DNA of 63,816 bases, filler included, from Deltaproteobacteria bacterium (GTDB lineage: Bacteria > JAEEML01), in the NCBI GenBank assembly GCA_016283195.1. It is 8 parts of 8 records of this genome, joined end to end, with 100 filler letters (N's around TTAATTAATTAA, not from the genome) between each part and the next. Parts side by side here need not be neighbours in the genome. Positions count along the whole stretch, not along the records: positions 15,555 to 31,790 come from JAEEML010000107.1; positions 31,891 to 37,476 come from JAEEML010000109.1; positions 37,577 to 45,271 come from JAEEML010000110.1; 5 more parts are not named here. One strand, given 5' to 3'. The notes beneath the pieces are model-generated. The model searched no databases. It had not been told where the DNA came from and saw only the letters and a list, made by a program, of their open reading frames with translations. The position numbers were made by a program, and so were the translations under genes. Position 1 is the stretch's first letter. Each line of letters begins with the position of its first letter. Below, piece by piece: positions 29,076 to 39,015 of this stretch.

Positions 29076-30908
29076 TCACACCCGCCTATTTACCCCTTTT
29101 TCAAGCTCGGCTCTGGTGAGTTTCATCATAATTGAGCGCCCATGTGGGCAAAAAGGCGCGGCTTTCATGTGGTCCAGCTTTTGCAAAATAGCCACCGCTT
29201 CGGCCTCGGAGAGCAAATCGCCGGCGCGCACCGCCGAATGGCAAGCCATGGTGGCTAGAATATGGTCTTTAATATCCTGAATGGGCCTACTGGTTGAATC
29301 TTCCCCGGCTGATATAGCTATGGCTTGCAAAAGTTCATAAATGCGCTTTTTGTCCAGCTTCATGCCCGGTGGCAGAGAGTTTACCACCAGTTGCTGTGCC
29401 CCAAAGGGCTCAACTTCAATGCCGAGGTCTGCCAGCAATGAAAAATAAGGCGCCAGGCGGTGATAATCATTGGCCGGTAAATCCATTATTTCCGGAAAGA
29501 GTAGAGGCTGTGTCAATTTGTCCGGCGGGCGCGCCGCCAATTCCTGGCGTCTGATGCGCTCATGCGCGGCATGCTGATCGATAATAACTAAGTTGCCCTC
29601 TTTATCTTCGCAAAGGAGATAAGTGCGGGCTAATTGGCCCTTATATTCCAGAGTAGCAAAATAGCCGCTATTTTCTTCCGGTAATAATTCGTTATAATTT
29701 TCCGCTACTTGCCTATCAAGAGCCGCACTATACGGCTCACTTATAAGCGGGCGTACTTTGGCCGGCACGCGCTCAAAGTCATAAATAGTCTTTTTCCCGG
29801 CAGGGGCCGCCGATGCAGCAGGAGTATAAGGCAAAAAAGCAGTGCTACTCCCCTCCTCTTCCAGGCGCTGCGGCTTATATTCGGCCACAGAAGCCGCTTC
29901 GTGCTTTAACCAGGGTGAGAGAGCCAGCGCTTTGGCCAAAGTGCGGCCAATGAGAGCGTATATATCCTGCGGGGCCGAAAAGCGCACTTCCAGCTTTTGC
30001 GGATGCACATTGACATCCACCAGCCCATCATCCGTTTCCAGGTAAATAAGAGCCACCGGCTGGCGGTCGTGGGGCAAAAGAGTGCGATAGCCCTCACGCA
30101 CTGCCCCTTGCAAGAGGCGGTCGCGCACCATGCGGCCATTGACATAGACATAAAGTGCTTTGTTATCGCGCCGGGCATCCTGCGGCGGCGCAAAATAGCC
30201 CGATACAGTAAGGCCCTTGTAACTGGCCGGAGGCAGGCGGTAGAGGCCGTTTTTAGCCATGCCTTCAAGGGCCTCTTTTACCCGCTTATATTCATCTTTG
30301 TTGTCGTGAATCATTAGGAGGCGGCGCTCATCCTCAGTTACTTTAAAAGTACCGTGGCGCGCTCCCATAGCCAGGCGCAAAACAGTTTCCACAATATGGC
30401 TGCGCTCGGTAGCCGCCTGGCGCAAAAATTTTTGCCGCGCCGGTGTATTGTAAAAAAGATTTTCCACCCGCACCAAAGTGCCAACCGGCGCACCGATAGG
30501 AGCTATTTTAATAGCCCCCTCCTCATCGAAAGTGAGTATATGGCCCATTTCGGCATCCGGCGGGCGGGAAATAATGGTGAGATGAGCAACAGAAGCAATA
30601 GAAGCCATGGCCTCACCGCGAAAGCCCATGGTGCGGATAGAATCCAAATCACTGATAGCCTTTATTTTGCTGGTGGCATGGCGCATAACGGCCATTTTGA
30701 GCTCTTCGGCACTCATACCGGAGCCGTTGTCGCTCACTTCTATCAGCTGGCGCCCGCCTTCAACAAGGCGCACCTCGATAATAGAAGCGCCGCTATCCAG
30801 CGAATTTTCCACTAGTTCTTTTACTACCGAGGCCGGCCGCTCAACCACCTCACCGGCGGCTATTTGGTTAATAGTCTCTTCGCTTAGAAGCCTTATTTTG
30901 CAGGTCAT
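29076..30908 (-). CDS. mutL: DNA mismatch repair endonuclease MutL
   Basis: IAAGEVVERPASVVKELVENSLD, GFRGEA, DVNVHP.K, DQHAAHER, ACH, CPHGR. Confidence 0.97.
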   Translation of the reverse strand: MTCKIRLLSEETINQIAAGEVVERPASVVKELVENSLDSGASIIEVRLVEGGRQLIEVSDNGSGMSAEELKMAVMRHATSKIKAISDLDSIRTMGFRGEAMASIASVAHLTIISRPPDAEMGHILTFDEEGAIKIAPIGAPVGTLVRVENLFYNTPARQKFLRQAATERSHIVETVLRLAMGARHGTFKVTEDERRLLMIHDNKDEYKRVKEALEGMAKNGLYRLPPASYKGLTVSGYFAPPQDARRDNKALYVYVNGRMVRDRLLQGAVREGYRTLLPHDRQPVALIYLETDDGLVDVNVHPQKLEVRFSAPQDIYALIGRTLAKALALSPWLKHEAASVAEYKPQRLEEEGSSTAFLPYTPAASAAPAGKKTIYDFERVPAKVRPLISEPYSAALDRQVAENYNELLPEENSGYFATLEYKGQLARTYLLCEDKEGNLVIIDQHAAHERIRRQELAARPPDKLTQPLLFPEIMDLPANDYHRLAPYFSLLADLGIEVEPFGAQQLVVNSLPPGMKLDKKRIYELLQAIAISAGEDSTSRPIQDIKDHILATMACHSAVRAGDLLSEAEAVAILQKLDHMKAAPFCPHGRSIMMKLTRAELEKGVNRRV

Positions 30909-30923
30909 TATTCTGCCCGAATA

Positions 30924-31568
30924 TCAGTAGGGTACATCGAGTAGCGGATTACGCTTTTTTTGCTGCGATTGCTCAATTTGCTCAATAGTGGGGCGCGGAG
31001 TAAAAGTGGAATAAAAAGTTTCCAGCATACCGGAATATTGCTGCACCACACCGGTAAAGCACTCAAAATGCAAAATAAAGGCTTCATTTTCGAGTGCCAG
31101 GATGACTTCTTCGGCCACAATGGGATATTCACGATTGCCTTGATAATTGTAAGTGCCGGTAATCACTACAGCTTGGCGCCCGGCCACCACCGCTTTTCGT
31201 GTGGAGCTCTCTTGCCAGAGGGGCAATAATTGCAAGCGCTGTTCTTTAGCATTTAGAGCTATTTGCACCGCCGAAGCCCCGGTCGGTATGGGCATCCGGC
31301 GCACAGCCATAAAAATTCGTAAATTGGTATTTTGCGGCACAAAAGTGATAGTGGATTGATCATCGCCAACCATCACTCCCCAATTGGTGGGAATTTCCAC
31401 TTGGAACATCTGCCCGGGAGCTAGATATTTTTGCTGCCCTTTGTTGGCCACTTTACTCTTACCGCCGCCGGGCATAAGCAAATCCATATACTGGGCGCCG
31501 GCCACACTGCAGGTAGTCAAAAGAACCAAGCTTATGACCAAAGCCAACTTGTTACTCACGAAGCGCAT
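30924..31568 (-). CDS. Exported PsbP/DcrB-like hypothetical protein
   Basis: Signal peptide from MRFVSNKL; F.V.IP..W and V.G..A motifs. Confidence 0.6.
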   Translation of the reverse strand: MRFVSNKLALVISLVLLTTCSVAGAQYMDLLMPGGGKSKVANKGQQKYLAPGQMFQVEIPTNWGVMVGDDQSTITFVPQNTNLRIFMAVRRMPIPTGASAVQIALNAKEQRLQLLPLWQESSTRKAVVAGRQAVVITGTYNYQGNREYPIVAEEVILALENEAFILHFECFTGVVQQYSGMLETFYSTFTPRPTIEQIEQSQQKKRNPLLDVPY

Positions 31569-31890
31569 CAAATACCTCGCTCTCCAACTGACCTTCGCTG
31601 GCAAATTCCAAGTTAGTATTAAGCTCCAAAGCCGTAGAAGCCGAGAAACTGCCCTCAGCATCCGACTTGGCATTGAGTGCCAAGCGAAAATGGCCATCAG
31701 CACTCAGGTCAGTCATCTTCATTTTTACCATATCGGCCCCAACTTTGGCAATATCGGAGGAATTAAAGTCAATAGTACCGTCGATAAGGANNNNNNNNNN
31801 NNNNNNNNNNNNNNNNNNNNNNNNNNNNNNNNNNTTAATTAATTAANNNNNNNNNNNNNNNNNNNNNNNNNNNNNNNNNNNNNNNNNNNN

Positions 31891-33306
31891 AAAAAGCAGC
31901 TGAGTAAAGCTTACGATAAGCCTCTCGATGAAATTTTTGCCGAATTTGAGATGACGCCCATCGCCTCGGCCTCCATCTCCCAGGTGCATAAGGCCCGCTT
32001 AAAAAACGGCGATTTGGTGGCGGTAAAAATTCAGCGGCCGGAGCTTTTAAACGAGGTGCGGGCCGATATTGATATTCTCTACTATTTGGCTCGCCTTTTG
32101 GAAGCCATTGTGGAAGCCAGCGGCTTTACCGCGCCGCGCAGCCTGGTAAAGGAATTTGAAGATTCTCTCTTAAAAGAGCTGGATTTTCGCCGCGAAGTAG
32201 CCACGATAAAGCGCTTTTACGAAAATGCCATCGGCCGCGAAGGCGTTGTAATTCCGCAAGTTTACGATGATCTCTGCCGCGATGATGTCATTGTGATGGA
32301 ATTTATTGAGGGCTATTCGCTACGCGAAGTCGATCCGCAAAAAGATCCGGAACTGGCCCATAAACTGGCGGCTATTGCCGTGGATACCACTCTGGCTCAG
32401 GTTTTTGCCGACGGCCTCTATCATGCCGACCCGCATCCCGGTAACCTTTTGGTGATGAAAGACGGGCGCATCGGCCTCCTCGATTTTGGCGCTGTCGGTG
32501 AGCTCACTCCGCCCATGCGCGATACCTGTCTCGCCTTTTTAATGAGCATTGTTTTGCAAGATGCCGAGGCCATGACGCGCCTCATTTACCGCATTACTAC
32601 TTCCAATAAGCGCCTAGAAGTCCGCACTTTGCAAAATGAGTGCGCCGTTATTTTGCATCGCCATTTGATCCACGGCGGCAAATTGGGCGAAATTTCCGTC
32701 ACCCATGTTTTGCAGGATGTCTCCGATCTCATCACCGCCCATCAGCTCAAAGTGCCGCCGGAATACGCCCTCGTAATAAAGGCCGGCCTAACTATCGAAG
32801 GGGTGATGATGGCGCTTGACCCCAAGATGGATATTATCGAGCGCGCCCGCCCCTATTTGCAACAAGTGATGACCGAGCGTTTTTCGCCCAAAGATTTGAG
32901 CACCGCTCTCGCCAAAAACTTTTTTGACAGCACCGGCATTGTACAAGACGCCTATACCAGCCTGGCTCAGGTGCTCATGGATGTCGAACATGGGCAACTG
33001 CATATAAATATCAGCAATCCGGAAGTAACAAAACTGCGCCGCAGCGTTGATACTCTGGGTTTGCTCATCTCTATTTGCCTCATTTCGGCTGCTTTCATCG
33101 TCGGCGCCTTTATTAATTTGCAGCAATACGATTTATCAGTTTACGGCATACCGGTTATTTCCATCATCGCTGTTTTAGTAGCAGCCGTCCTCTGCGGCGG
33201 CTCCATCATGTTTCTTTTGCTGCGCGACAGAGTGAAAAAGCCATCTCTCGCCGCCATAATCAAGCGCTTTCAAAAAGGCTCTAAAAAACGGGAACTTAAA
33301 AAGTGA
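31891..33306 (+). CDS. ABC1/UbiB atypical kinase, 5'-truncated
   Basis: IASASISQVH.A, VAVKIQRP, HADPHPGN, LLDFG; C-terminal TMs. Confidence 0.92.
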   Translation, partial: KKQLSKAYDKPLDEIFAEFEMTPIASASISQVHKARLKNGDLVAVKIQRPELLNEVRADIDILYYLARLLEAIVEASGFTAPRSLVKEFEDSLLKELDFRREVATIKRFYENAIGREGVVIPQVYDDLCRDDVIVMEFIEGYSLREVDPQKDPELAHKLAAIAVDTTLAQVFADGLYHADPHPGNLLVMKDGRIGLLDFGAVGELTPPMRDTCLAFLMSIVLQDAEAMTRLIYRITTSNKRLEVRTLQNECAVILHRHLIHGGKLGEISVTHVLQDVSDLITAHQLKVPPEYALVIKAGLTIEGVMMALDPKMDIIERARPYLQQVMTERFSPKDLSTALAKNFFDSTGIVQDAYTSLAQVLMDVEHGQLHINISNPEVTKLRRSVDTLGLLISICLISAAFIVGAFINLQQYDLSVYGIPVISIIAVLVAAVLCGGSIMFLLLRDRVKKPSLAAIIKRFQKGSKKRELKK

Positions 33307-33974
33307 CAGAACCTGTTTTGGAGCTAAAGAACCTCTGTCTCACTTTTGGCGCTAAAGATATTTTAAAAAATATTTCCCTAAAAATAGCGCGCGGTGAGCT
33401 GGTGGGGCTAGTGGGCGGTGCCGGCAGCGGCAAGAGTTCACTGCTCAAAATCATTGCCGGTCTCTACAAGCTGACCGGCGGCACACTTACTTATAATTTG
33501 CCGCCTAGGCAGCAAGAAATCGGCATGTCGTTTCAAAATAATGCCCTCTTTGATTTTTTAAATGTGGCCGAAAATGTGGCTTTTCCCTTAAGGCAAAAGC
33601 GCTGCTTTAGCGAAGAGGAAATAGCCGAGCGCACCCAAAAAATTTTGGCCGCTGTGGACCTCGCCGCTTTTGGTAATTATGCCCCCAAAGATCTCTCCGG
33701 CGGTATGCAGCGGCGCGTGGGTATTGCCCGGGCGATGGTGCTAAATCCGCTAATAACCCTCTTTGACGACCCTTCGGCCGGCCTGGACCCGGTAACAAGT
33801 ATGCGCATTTTTAAATTAATTGCCGATTATGCCGCTAAAAACCTGGCGGCGGCCATTGTTGTTTCCAGCGATGTGGTGACCCTTTGCACCATCGTTAAGA
33901 GAGTAATTTGGCTGGAGAATGGGCAAATTGTCTTTGACGGCCCGCCGGAAAAAATAGATGTCAATCAGATTTGA
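33303..33974 (+). CDS. ABC transporter ATP-binding protein (MlaF-like)
   Basis: GGAGSGKS, FQ..ALFD, LSGGMQRRV.IARA, AGLDP. Confidence 0.88.
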   Translation: MTEPVLELKNLCLTFGAKDILKNISLKIARGELVGLVGGAGSGKSSLLKIIAGLYKLTGGTLTYNLPPRQQEIGMSFQNNALFDFLNVAENVAFPLRQKRCFSEEEIAERTQKILAAVDLAAFGNYAPKDLSGGMQRRVGIARAMVLNPLITLFDDPSAGLDPVTSMRIFKLIADYAAKNLAAAIVVSSDVVTLCTIVKRVIWLENGQIVFDGPPEKIDVNQI

Positions 33975-33991
33975 TATTCTGGCTACTGCGC

Positions 33992-34399
33992 TCACAAAGC
34001 GCTTTTTATGCGTGCGGCTATTTCGGCCAGTTCGTCACCGGCCGGTTGCGGTTTCCAGGGGGTTAAGAGGCCATCACCGCTCTTGCGCGGAATAATATGT
34101 ACATGCACATGGGGCACCACTTGGCCGGCAGCACTGCCGTTATTTTGCAAAATATTTATGCCTTCCGGATTTAAAGCCTTTTTTATAGCCGCCGCCACTT
34201 TGCTGACAGCCCGAAAAAGGTTGCCCAGTTCATCGGCACTCATTTCACTGATTGTTTGCGCGTGTTTTTTGGGAATTACCAGGGTATGACCGGGGCTCGC
34301 CGGGTTAACATCCATAAAAGCAATAGCCGTTTCATCCTCGTAAACAGTAGCACTTTTAATATCTTTGGCGGCTATTTTACAAAAAATACAATCACTCAT
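33992..34399 (-). CDS. HIT-family nucleotide hydrolase
   Basis: CIFCKI, GHTLVIPK, HVHVHIIPR. Confidence 0.95.
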   Translation of the reverse strand: MSDCIFCKIAAKDIKSATVYEDETAIAFMDVNPASPGHTLVIPKKHAQTISEMSADELGNLFRAVSKVAAAIKKALNPEGINILQNNGSAAGQVVPHVHVHIIPRKSGDGLLTPWKPQPAGDELAEIAARIKSAL

Positions 34400-34510
34400 G
34401 TTTTTTCCTTTCTTTAATAAATTTGCGCCATTTTTTTGACCATGCCCAAAGCTCCGCTATATTGGCGGAGAATAGTGGTGTAGCCTTTTCTACACTACGA
34501 GGGAGTTATC

Positions 34511-35572
34511 ATGGCTGTCAAGCCGGTATTAGGATTGGATATTGGCTCAAATTCGGTAAAACTATGCCAATTAAAGCCCACAAAACAGGGCTGGCAACTA
34601 CTTTCTCTGGGAGTAGCCCCCCTGCCACACGAAGCTATTGTCGATGGAGCGCTCATGAATTCCGGCGCGGTGGTGGATGCCATTATGGAACTGGTGGCCA
34701 CCAACAAAGTGCGCGAAAAGAATGCCGCCGTCTCCATCTCCGGGCACTCGGTGATTATCAAAAAAATTCCCATGAGCCAGATGAGCATGGAAGAGTTGGA
34801 AGAATCCATTCGCTGGGAAGCCGAGCAATTTATCCCCTTCGATATTGAAGATGTGAATATCGATGTGCAAATTGTCCGCGAAGAAACGGAGATGGCTAAC
34901 CAAATGGAAGTGGTTTTGGTCGCCGCCAAAAAGGATATGATCAACGATTATACCTCCGTGGTGGTGGAAGCCGGTTTAAACCCGCTCATTTGCGATGTTG
35001 ACGTTTTTGCCGTGCAAAATATGTTTGAGCACAATTACCCGAATTACGGCGACAACACCATCGCCATCGTCAATATCGGGGCCAGTAACGCCAATATCAA
35101 TGTAGTGGCCGGCGGCATTCCTACCTTCACTCGCGATATCAGCTTCGGCGGCAATCAGTTTACCGAAGAACTGCAAAAAGAGCTGGGTATCAGCTACGAC
35201 GAAGCCGAAACAGTAAAACACGGCGGCCCGGATGCCGATGCCATTGCCAACAAAAACAACGCCGAACGTATTTTGGAAGGAGTGAGCGAAACTTTCAGCA
35301 TGGAGCTCCAGCGCTCACTGGAATTTTTCAGTGCCACCAGCACCGAGCGCCCGCTTTCCAAAATATTTCTCTCCGGCGGCAGCAGCCACCTAAAAAGCTT
35401 GCAAACAGTGATGAGCCATAAATTGGGACTCCCTATTGAGGTCATAGATCCTTTTAAAAATATCAATCTGGACCACCAGGGCGTCGATCGCGAATTTATC
35501 AAAAATGTTGGTCATGTGGCCGGAGTTGCCGTGGGCTTGGCGATGCGCGCCCCCGGCGACCGTTATCTATAA
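34511..35572 (+). CDS. pilM: Type IV pilus assembly protein PilM
   Basis: GLDIGSNSVK actin-like fold; EAEQFIPF; VLVAAKK. Confidence 0.95.
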   Translation: MAVKPVLGLDIGSNSVKLCQLKPTKQGWQLLSLGVAPLPHEAIVDGALMNSGAVVDAIMELVATNKVREKNAAVSISGHSVIIKKIPMSQMSMEELEESIRWEAEQFIPFDIEDVNIDVQIVREETEMANQMEVVLVAAKKDMINDYTSVVVEAGLNPLICDVDVFAVQNMFEHNYPNYGDNTIAIVNIGASNANINVVAGGIPTFTRDISFGGNQFTEELQKELGISYDEAETVKHGGPDADAIANKNNAERILEGVSETFSMELQRSLEFFSATSTERPLSKIFLSGGSSHLKSLQTVMSHKLGLPIEVIDPFKNINLDHQGVDREFIKNVGHVAGVAVGLAMRAPGDRYL

Positions 35573-35587
35573 AGGCGGGGTATAGCT

Positions 35588-36172
35588 ATGCGGATGCGCA
35601 TTAATTTACTGCCCACTAAATTCAGCAAAAAGCGGGCCCAGAATGTCCAAGAACTCATTATTATGGTCGTTATCTTGGTGGTAACACTTGCTGGGCTTTT
35701 TGTTTGGTATAAAGCTCTCGACAACAAGCTGACAACCGCTAAACGCAATGTAAGAGAGGTTCAAGCTCAGGTTGATAAGCTGAAACAAGATATTGCCAAA
35801 GTCGATGAATTTAAGGCCAGCACCAAAGTTTTGGAAGACAAATTAAAAGTAATCGATGAGCTTAAAGCCAAAAAAACCGGGCCCGTTTTGGTGCTCGATG
35901 AACTGGCTACAGCCATTACCTTAACCGGCGATGTCTGGGTGCGCCGCCTAGTAGAAAAAGAAGGGGTAATGGAACTGCAAATGAGCTCCTTGCGCCAGGA
36001 TAAAATATCCGACTTTATGCTGGCTCTCGAAAGCAAAGCGAAATTATTCCAAAATGTACGCCTCATCCTCACCGAGGCGCAAAAAGATAAAGACAAAGAT
36101 GACACATATTACAACTTTACCGTTTCATGCGAGGTTCTCTACGGCGGCCAGCAGAAGCAAGAGCAGGAGTAG
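35588..36172 (+). CDS. pilN: Type IV pilus assembly protein PilN
   Basis: RINLLP motif, TM, coiled coil; operon position. Confidence 0.92.
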   Translation: MRMRINLLPTKFSKKRAQNVQELIIMVVILVVTLAGLFVWYKALDNKLTTAKRNVREVQAQVDKLKQDIAKVDEFKASTKVLEDKLKVIDELKAKKTGPVLVLDELATAITLTGDVWVRRLVEKEGVMELQMSSLRQDKISDFMLALESKAKLFQNVRLILTEAQKDKDKDDTYYNFTVSCEVLYGGQQKQEQE

Positions 36173-36181
36173 GAGTCTAAA

Positions 36182-36820
36182 GTGCAGGAACAACTAGACA
36201 AAGTACTGGAGTTTTTGGAGAAGCTGACACCACAGCAAAAATGGGGCGGTCTGGCGGCTATTGTTGTCGTCCTCTGCGGCGCTTTTTACTATTTCGTGGC
36301 GATGGATCTCTCGAGCAAAATCACCAAGGCGGAAAAAGATTACAACAGGATCAATGCCGAGCGCATCGAAAAAGAGAGCTATGCCAAGAATCTGGCTCTT
36401 TATGAAGCCAAGTTTAACGAACTGCAGGGCAAATTGAAAAGAGCGCAAAATTTGTTGCCCGACAGCGACGAAGTGCCGGGGCTGCTCAGCAGTCTTTCCA
36501 GTCTTGGCGAAACAGTCGGCCTCACCATCGAGCGCTTTGTGCCCAAAGAAGAAGAGCTTTTCTCCTTTTATGCGGCTATTCCCTTTAACCTGACGGTGCA
36601 CGGCAATTACCATGATATAGCCATGTATATAGATGCCATCAGCCGTTTGGACCGTATTGTCAATGTGAGCAATATTGAAATGAGCTCACCTAAAGTGGTC
36701 AACAAAAAAATTGTTTTGGATAGCCAGTTTATCATCACCACTTACCGTTTTCTTAAAGAGGGCGAGAGCGCCGATGCAGATAACGGAAAAGGGAAAAAAG
36801 GCAAGGGAGGTAAAAAATGA
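36182..36820 (+). CDS. pilO: Type IV pilus assembly protein PilO
   Basis: TM, LP...EVP.LL, G.YH.I......I..L.RIV. Confidence 0.92.
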   Translation: MQEQLDKVLEFLEKLTPQQKWGGLAAIVVVLCGAFYYFVAMDLSSKITKAEKDYNRINAERIEKESYAKNLALYEAKFNELQGKLKRAQNLLPDSDEVPGLLSSLSSLGETVGLTIERFVPKEEELFSFYAAIPFNLTVHGNYHDIAMYIDAISRLDRIVNVSNIEMSSPKVVNKKIVLDSQFIITTYRFLKEGESADADNGKGKKGKGGKK

Positions 36821-37368
36821 AGAGATTAAACGGCCGTAAGGCTCTTCTCTTTTTGCTGTTACCGCTTTGTTTTCTCTCTTTGAGCGCCTGTTCCGGCGGC
36901 TCCAAAAAGAAAAGCAATACCACCACCGCTGCTCCGGCCGCACCAGTAATAGAAACTCCGGCCGAACACCAGGAGCCGGTAGCCAAAGGGCCGCGTTACA
37001 GCTACAACCCCATTGGCAAACGCGACCCCTTTAAATCCTATTTGGAACTTGAAGAGGAAAATCGCCAGGTGATGGATAAAGGCAACGAACGGCGAAAAAG
37101 CCCCTTGGAAAAATACACCTTCGATCAGCTTCGTCTTACGGCCATCATCAGCGGCACCAGCCGGCCGCTGGCCATGGTAGAAGACCCCACTAATCAAGGG
37201 TGGACGGTGCATGTGGGAACACGTATCGGCAACAACGGCGGAAAAGTATCGGCTATTACTCGTAACGGTATCATTATTACCGAGGAATATCGTGATGCTG
37301 CCGGCCGCAAAAGAAAGAACAAAGTTACTTTGTCAATGCCGGTGGAAGAACTTAGTTTAGGCCAATAA
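36817..37368 (+). CDS. pilP: Type IV pilus lipoprotein PilP
   Basis: Lipobox LSAC; YNPIGKRDPF; PLE.Y..DQL.L. Confidence 0.92.
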   Translation: MKRLNGRKALLFLLLPLCFLSLSACSGGSKKKSNTTTAAPAAPVIETPAEHQEPVAKGPRYSYNPIGKRDPFKSYLELEEENRQVMDKGNERRKSPLEKYTFDQLRLTAIISGTSRPLAMVEDPTNQGWTVHVGTRIGNNGGKVSAITRNGIIITEEYRDAAGRKRKNKVTLSMPVEELSLGQ

Positions 37369-37432
37369 TTTGACCTTTTACCAAAGTGGTAAGAGACTTC
37401 TCTTGCGGCGGTGCCGCACTAGAGGAAAAGCG

Positions 37433-37476
37433 ATGAGAACAAGAAGTGTGAAGAATCTGTCGTTACTGGTACTCAC
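37433..37476 (+). CDS. Probable start of secretin PilQ (truncated by contig end)
   Basis: GAGG SD and ATG with a signal-peptide-like start after pilP; identity inferred from synteny only. Confidence 0.4.
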
Positions 37477-37576
37477 NNNNNNNNNNNNNNNNNNNNNNNN
37501 NNNNNNNNNNNNNNNNNNNNTTAATTAATTAANNNNNNNNNNNNNNNNNNNNNNNNNNNNNNNNNNNNNNNNNNNN

Positions 37577-38959
37577 ACTTTCATGCTTTTCCAAAACAGC
37601 TGTTATTTCCTCTTTGGATTTAAAGCTGCTTTCCATCAAAGCGGTAATATAATCACTCCCGGCTGCGTAAACAAAAAAGTTATCTTTTAATGCCCAGCCG
37701 ACTTTGGATTTCTCACCGGTGCTATACACGGTGGCTCCGCTTATTTCACTTTTTATTAAATCCTTTTCCAAGGCTTTGGAAAGCGGCGCGGAGAGCTCCT
37801 CGAGAAGAGGCGAAAAAGCATTGGTATCTTTTACGTGCGCACTCACGGCTATTTGCACTAATTCTAAAAATATCGCTTCTTTATTAACTTTACCGCCGCC
37901 TTTAAGAAGCACAGGCAAAATACGCAAAACATCGCCCAGATGCACCGAAGCTATATATGGAGCGTTAAATTGCTGCACCAATTTACCGGCATAAGGCAGC
38001 AGGGGATTGGCCTCGCTATCGCTTGCGGCATCGGCAATAAGCGCCGCCACTTTATCTTCCATAAGAGAAATATCTGCCGTAGCTAAGGCGTATAAGATTG
38101 TTTCAGCCGGCACATCCTGGGCGCCGTCGGCCAGTTTTCCGGCCGAGAGTACTCGCTGGGCCAAAGCGGCTGTCGCCTGGCCCATTTGCAATTGCCCGGA
38201 GAGGTCAAAACGGCCTTTTTCGGCAGTAAAATCAAGCAATGCTCCGGTCACAATATCATCAAGTTTTTTAGTAAAAGGCGCTTTATCATTGTTAAAGACA
38301 TAAAAAGCGCCTTTGGGTGCCACCCGCTTTTTGAGCTCATTAAATTTAGGTAAATTACTGAGCTCCCGGCCGTTGCTGTTTTTGAGAAAAGCGGCGAATT
38401 TTTGTGCCCATTCACTTTTATTAAATATATAGGCATACTTACCTTCAAAGGTGTAATAAACAGTGTGCTTATTGCTAAGTTGCTCAAAAATACGGTCCTC
38501 AATAACCTGCTGCGAAACTGTTGGCTGCTCATCAATTTGGCCAAAAACATATTTAAATTGCTCAGCAAATTTCTTTTCATCAGCCACCGGCAAAATCGCA
38601 GCCAAACCGGCAGTTTCCCCCTTTTGCGGCACATTTTGATTATAGGCAAAAAAGGCCGCCCCGGCCGAGACATCGAGGCCCATTTTTTTATAATCTCCGG
38701 CTACTGTGGGGTCAAAACCGTAGCGCACCTTAATACTCGCTTTAATGTTTTCCAAATCGGCGGCGCTATCAGGTGAAACCAAGCCGTTTATAAAATCGTT
38801 CATTGCAGCTACAGCTTTTGAAAGCTCAGGAATTATCGCCACTTGCGAGCTATCGCCGGGTACAGCCGCTTCAATCGGCTTACGCCCACTACCGCAAGTA
38901 CAACCGCCAGCGCATAAAATAGCCGAGAAAAGAAGACAAATTTTTAATTGCTTTCTCAT
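37577..38959 (-). CDS. Hypothetical lipoprotein, 3'-truncated
   Basis: Lipobox AGGC; long ORF. Confidence 0.75.
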
Positions 38960-39015
38960 TTTTATTAGTTATTCCTATAGTCAAACACTATGTTAATTAG
39001 TTATTCGTTTTTGGC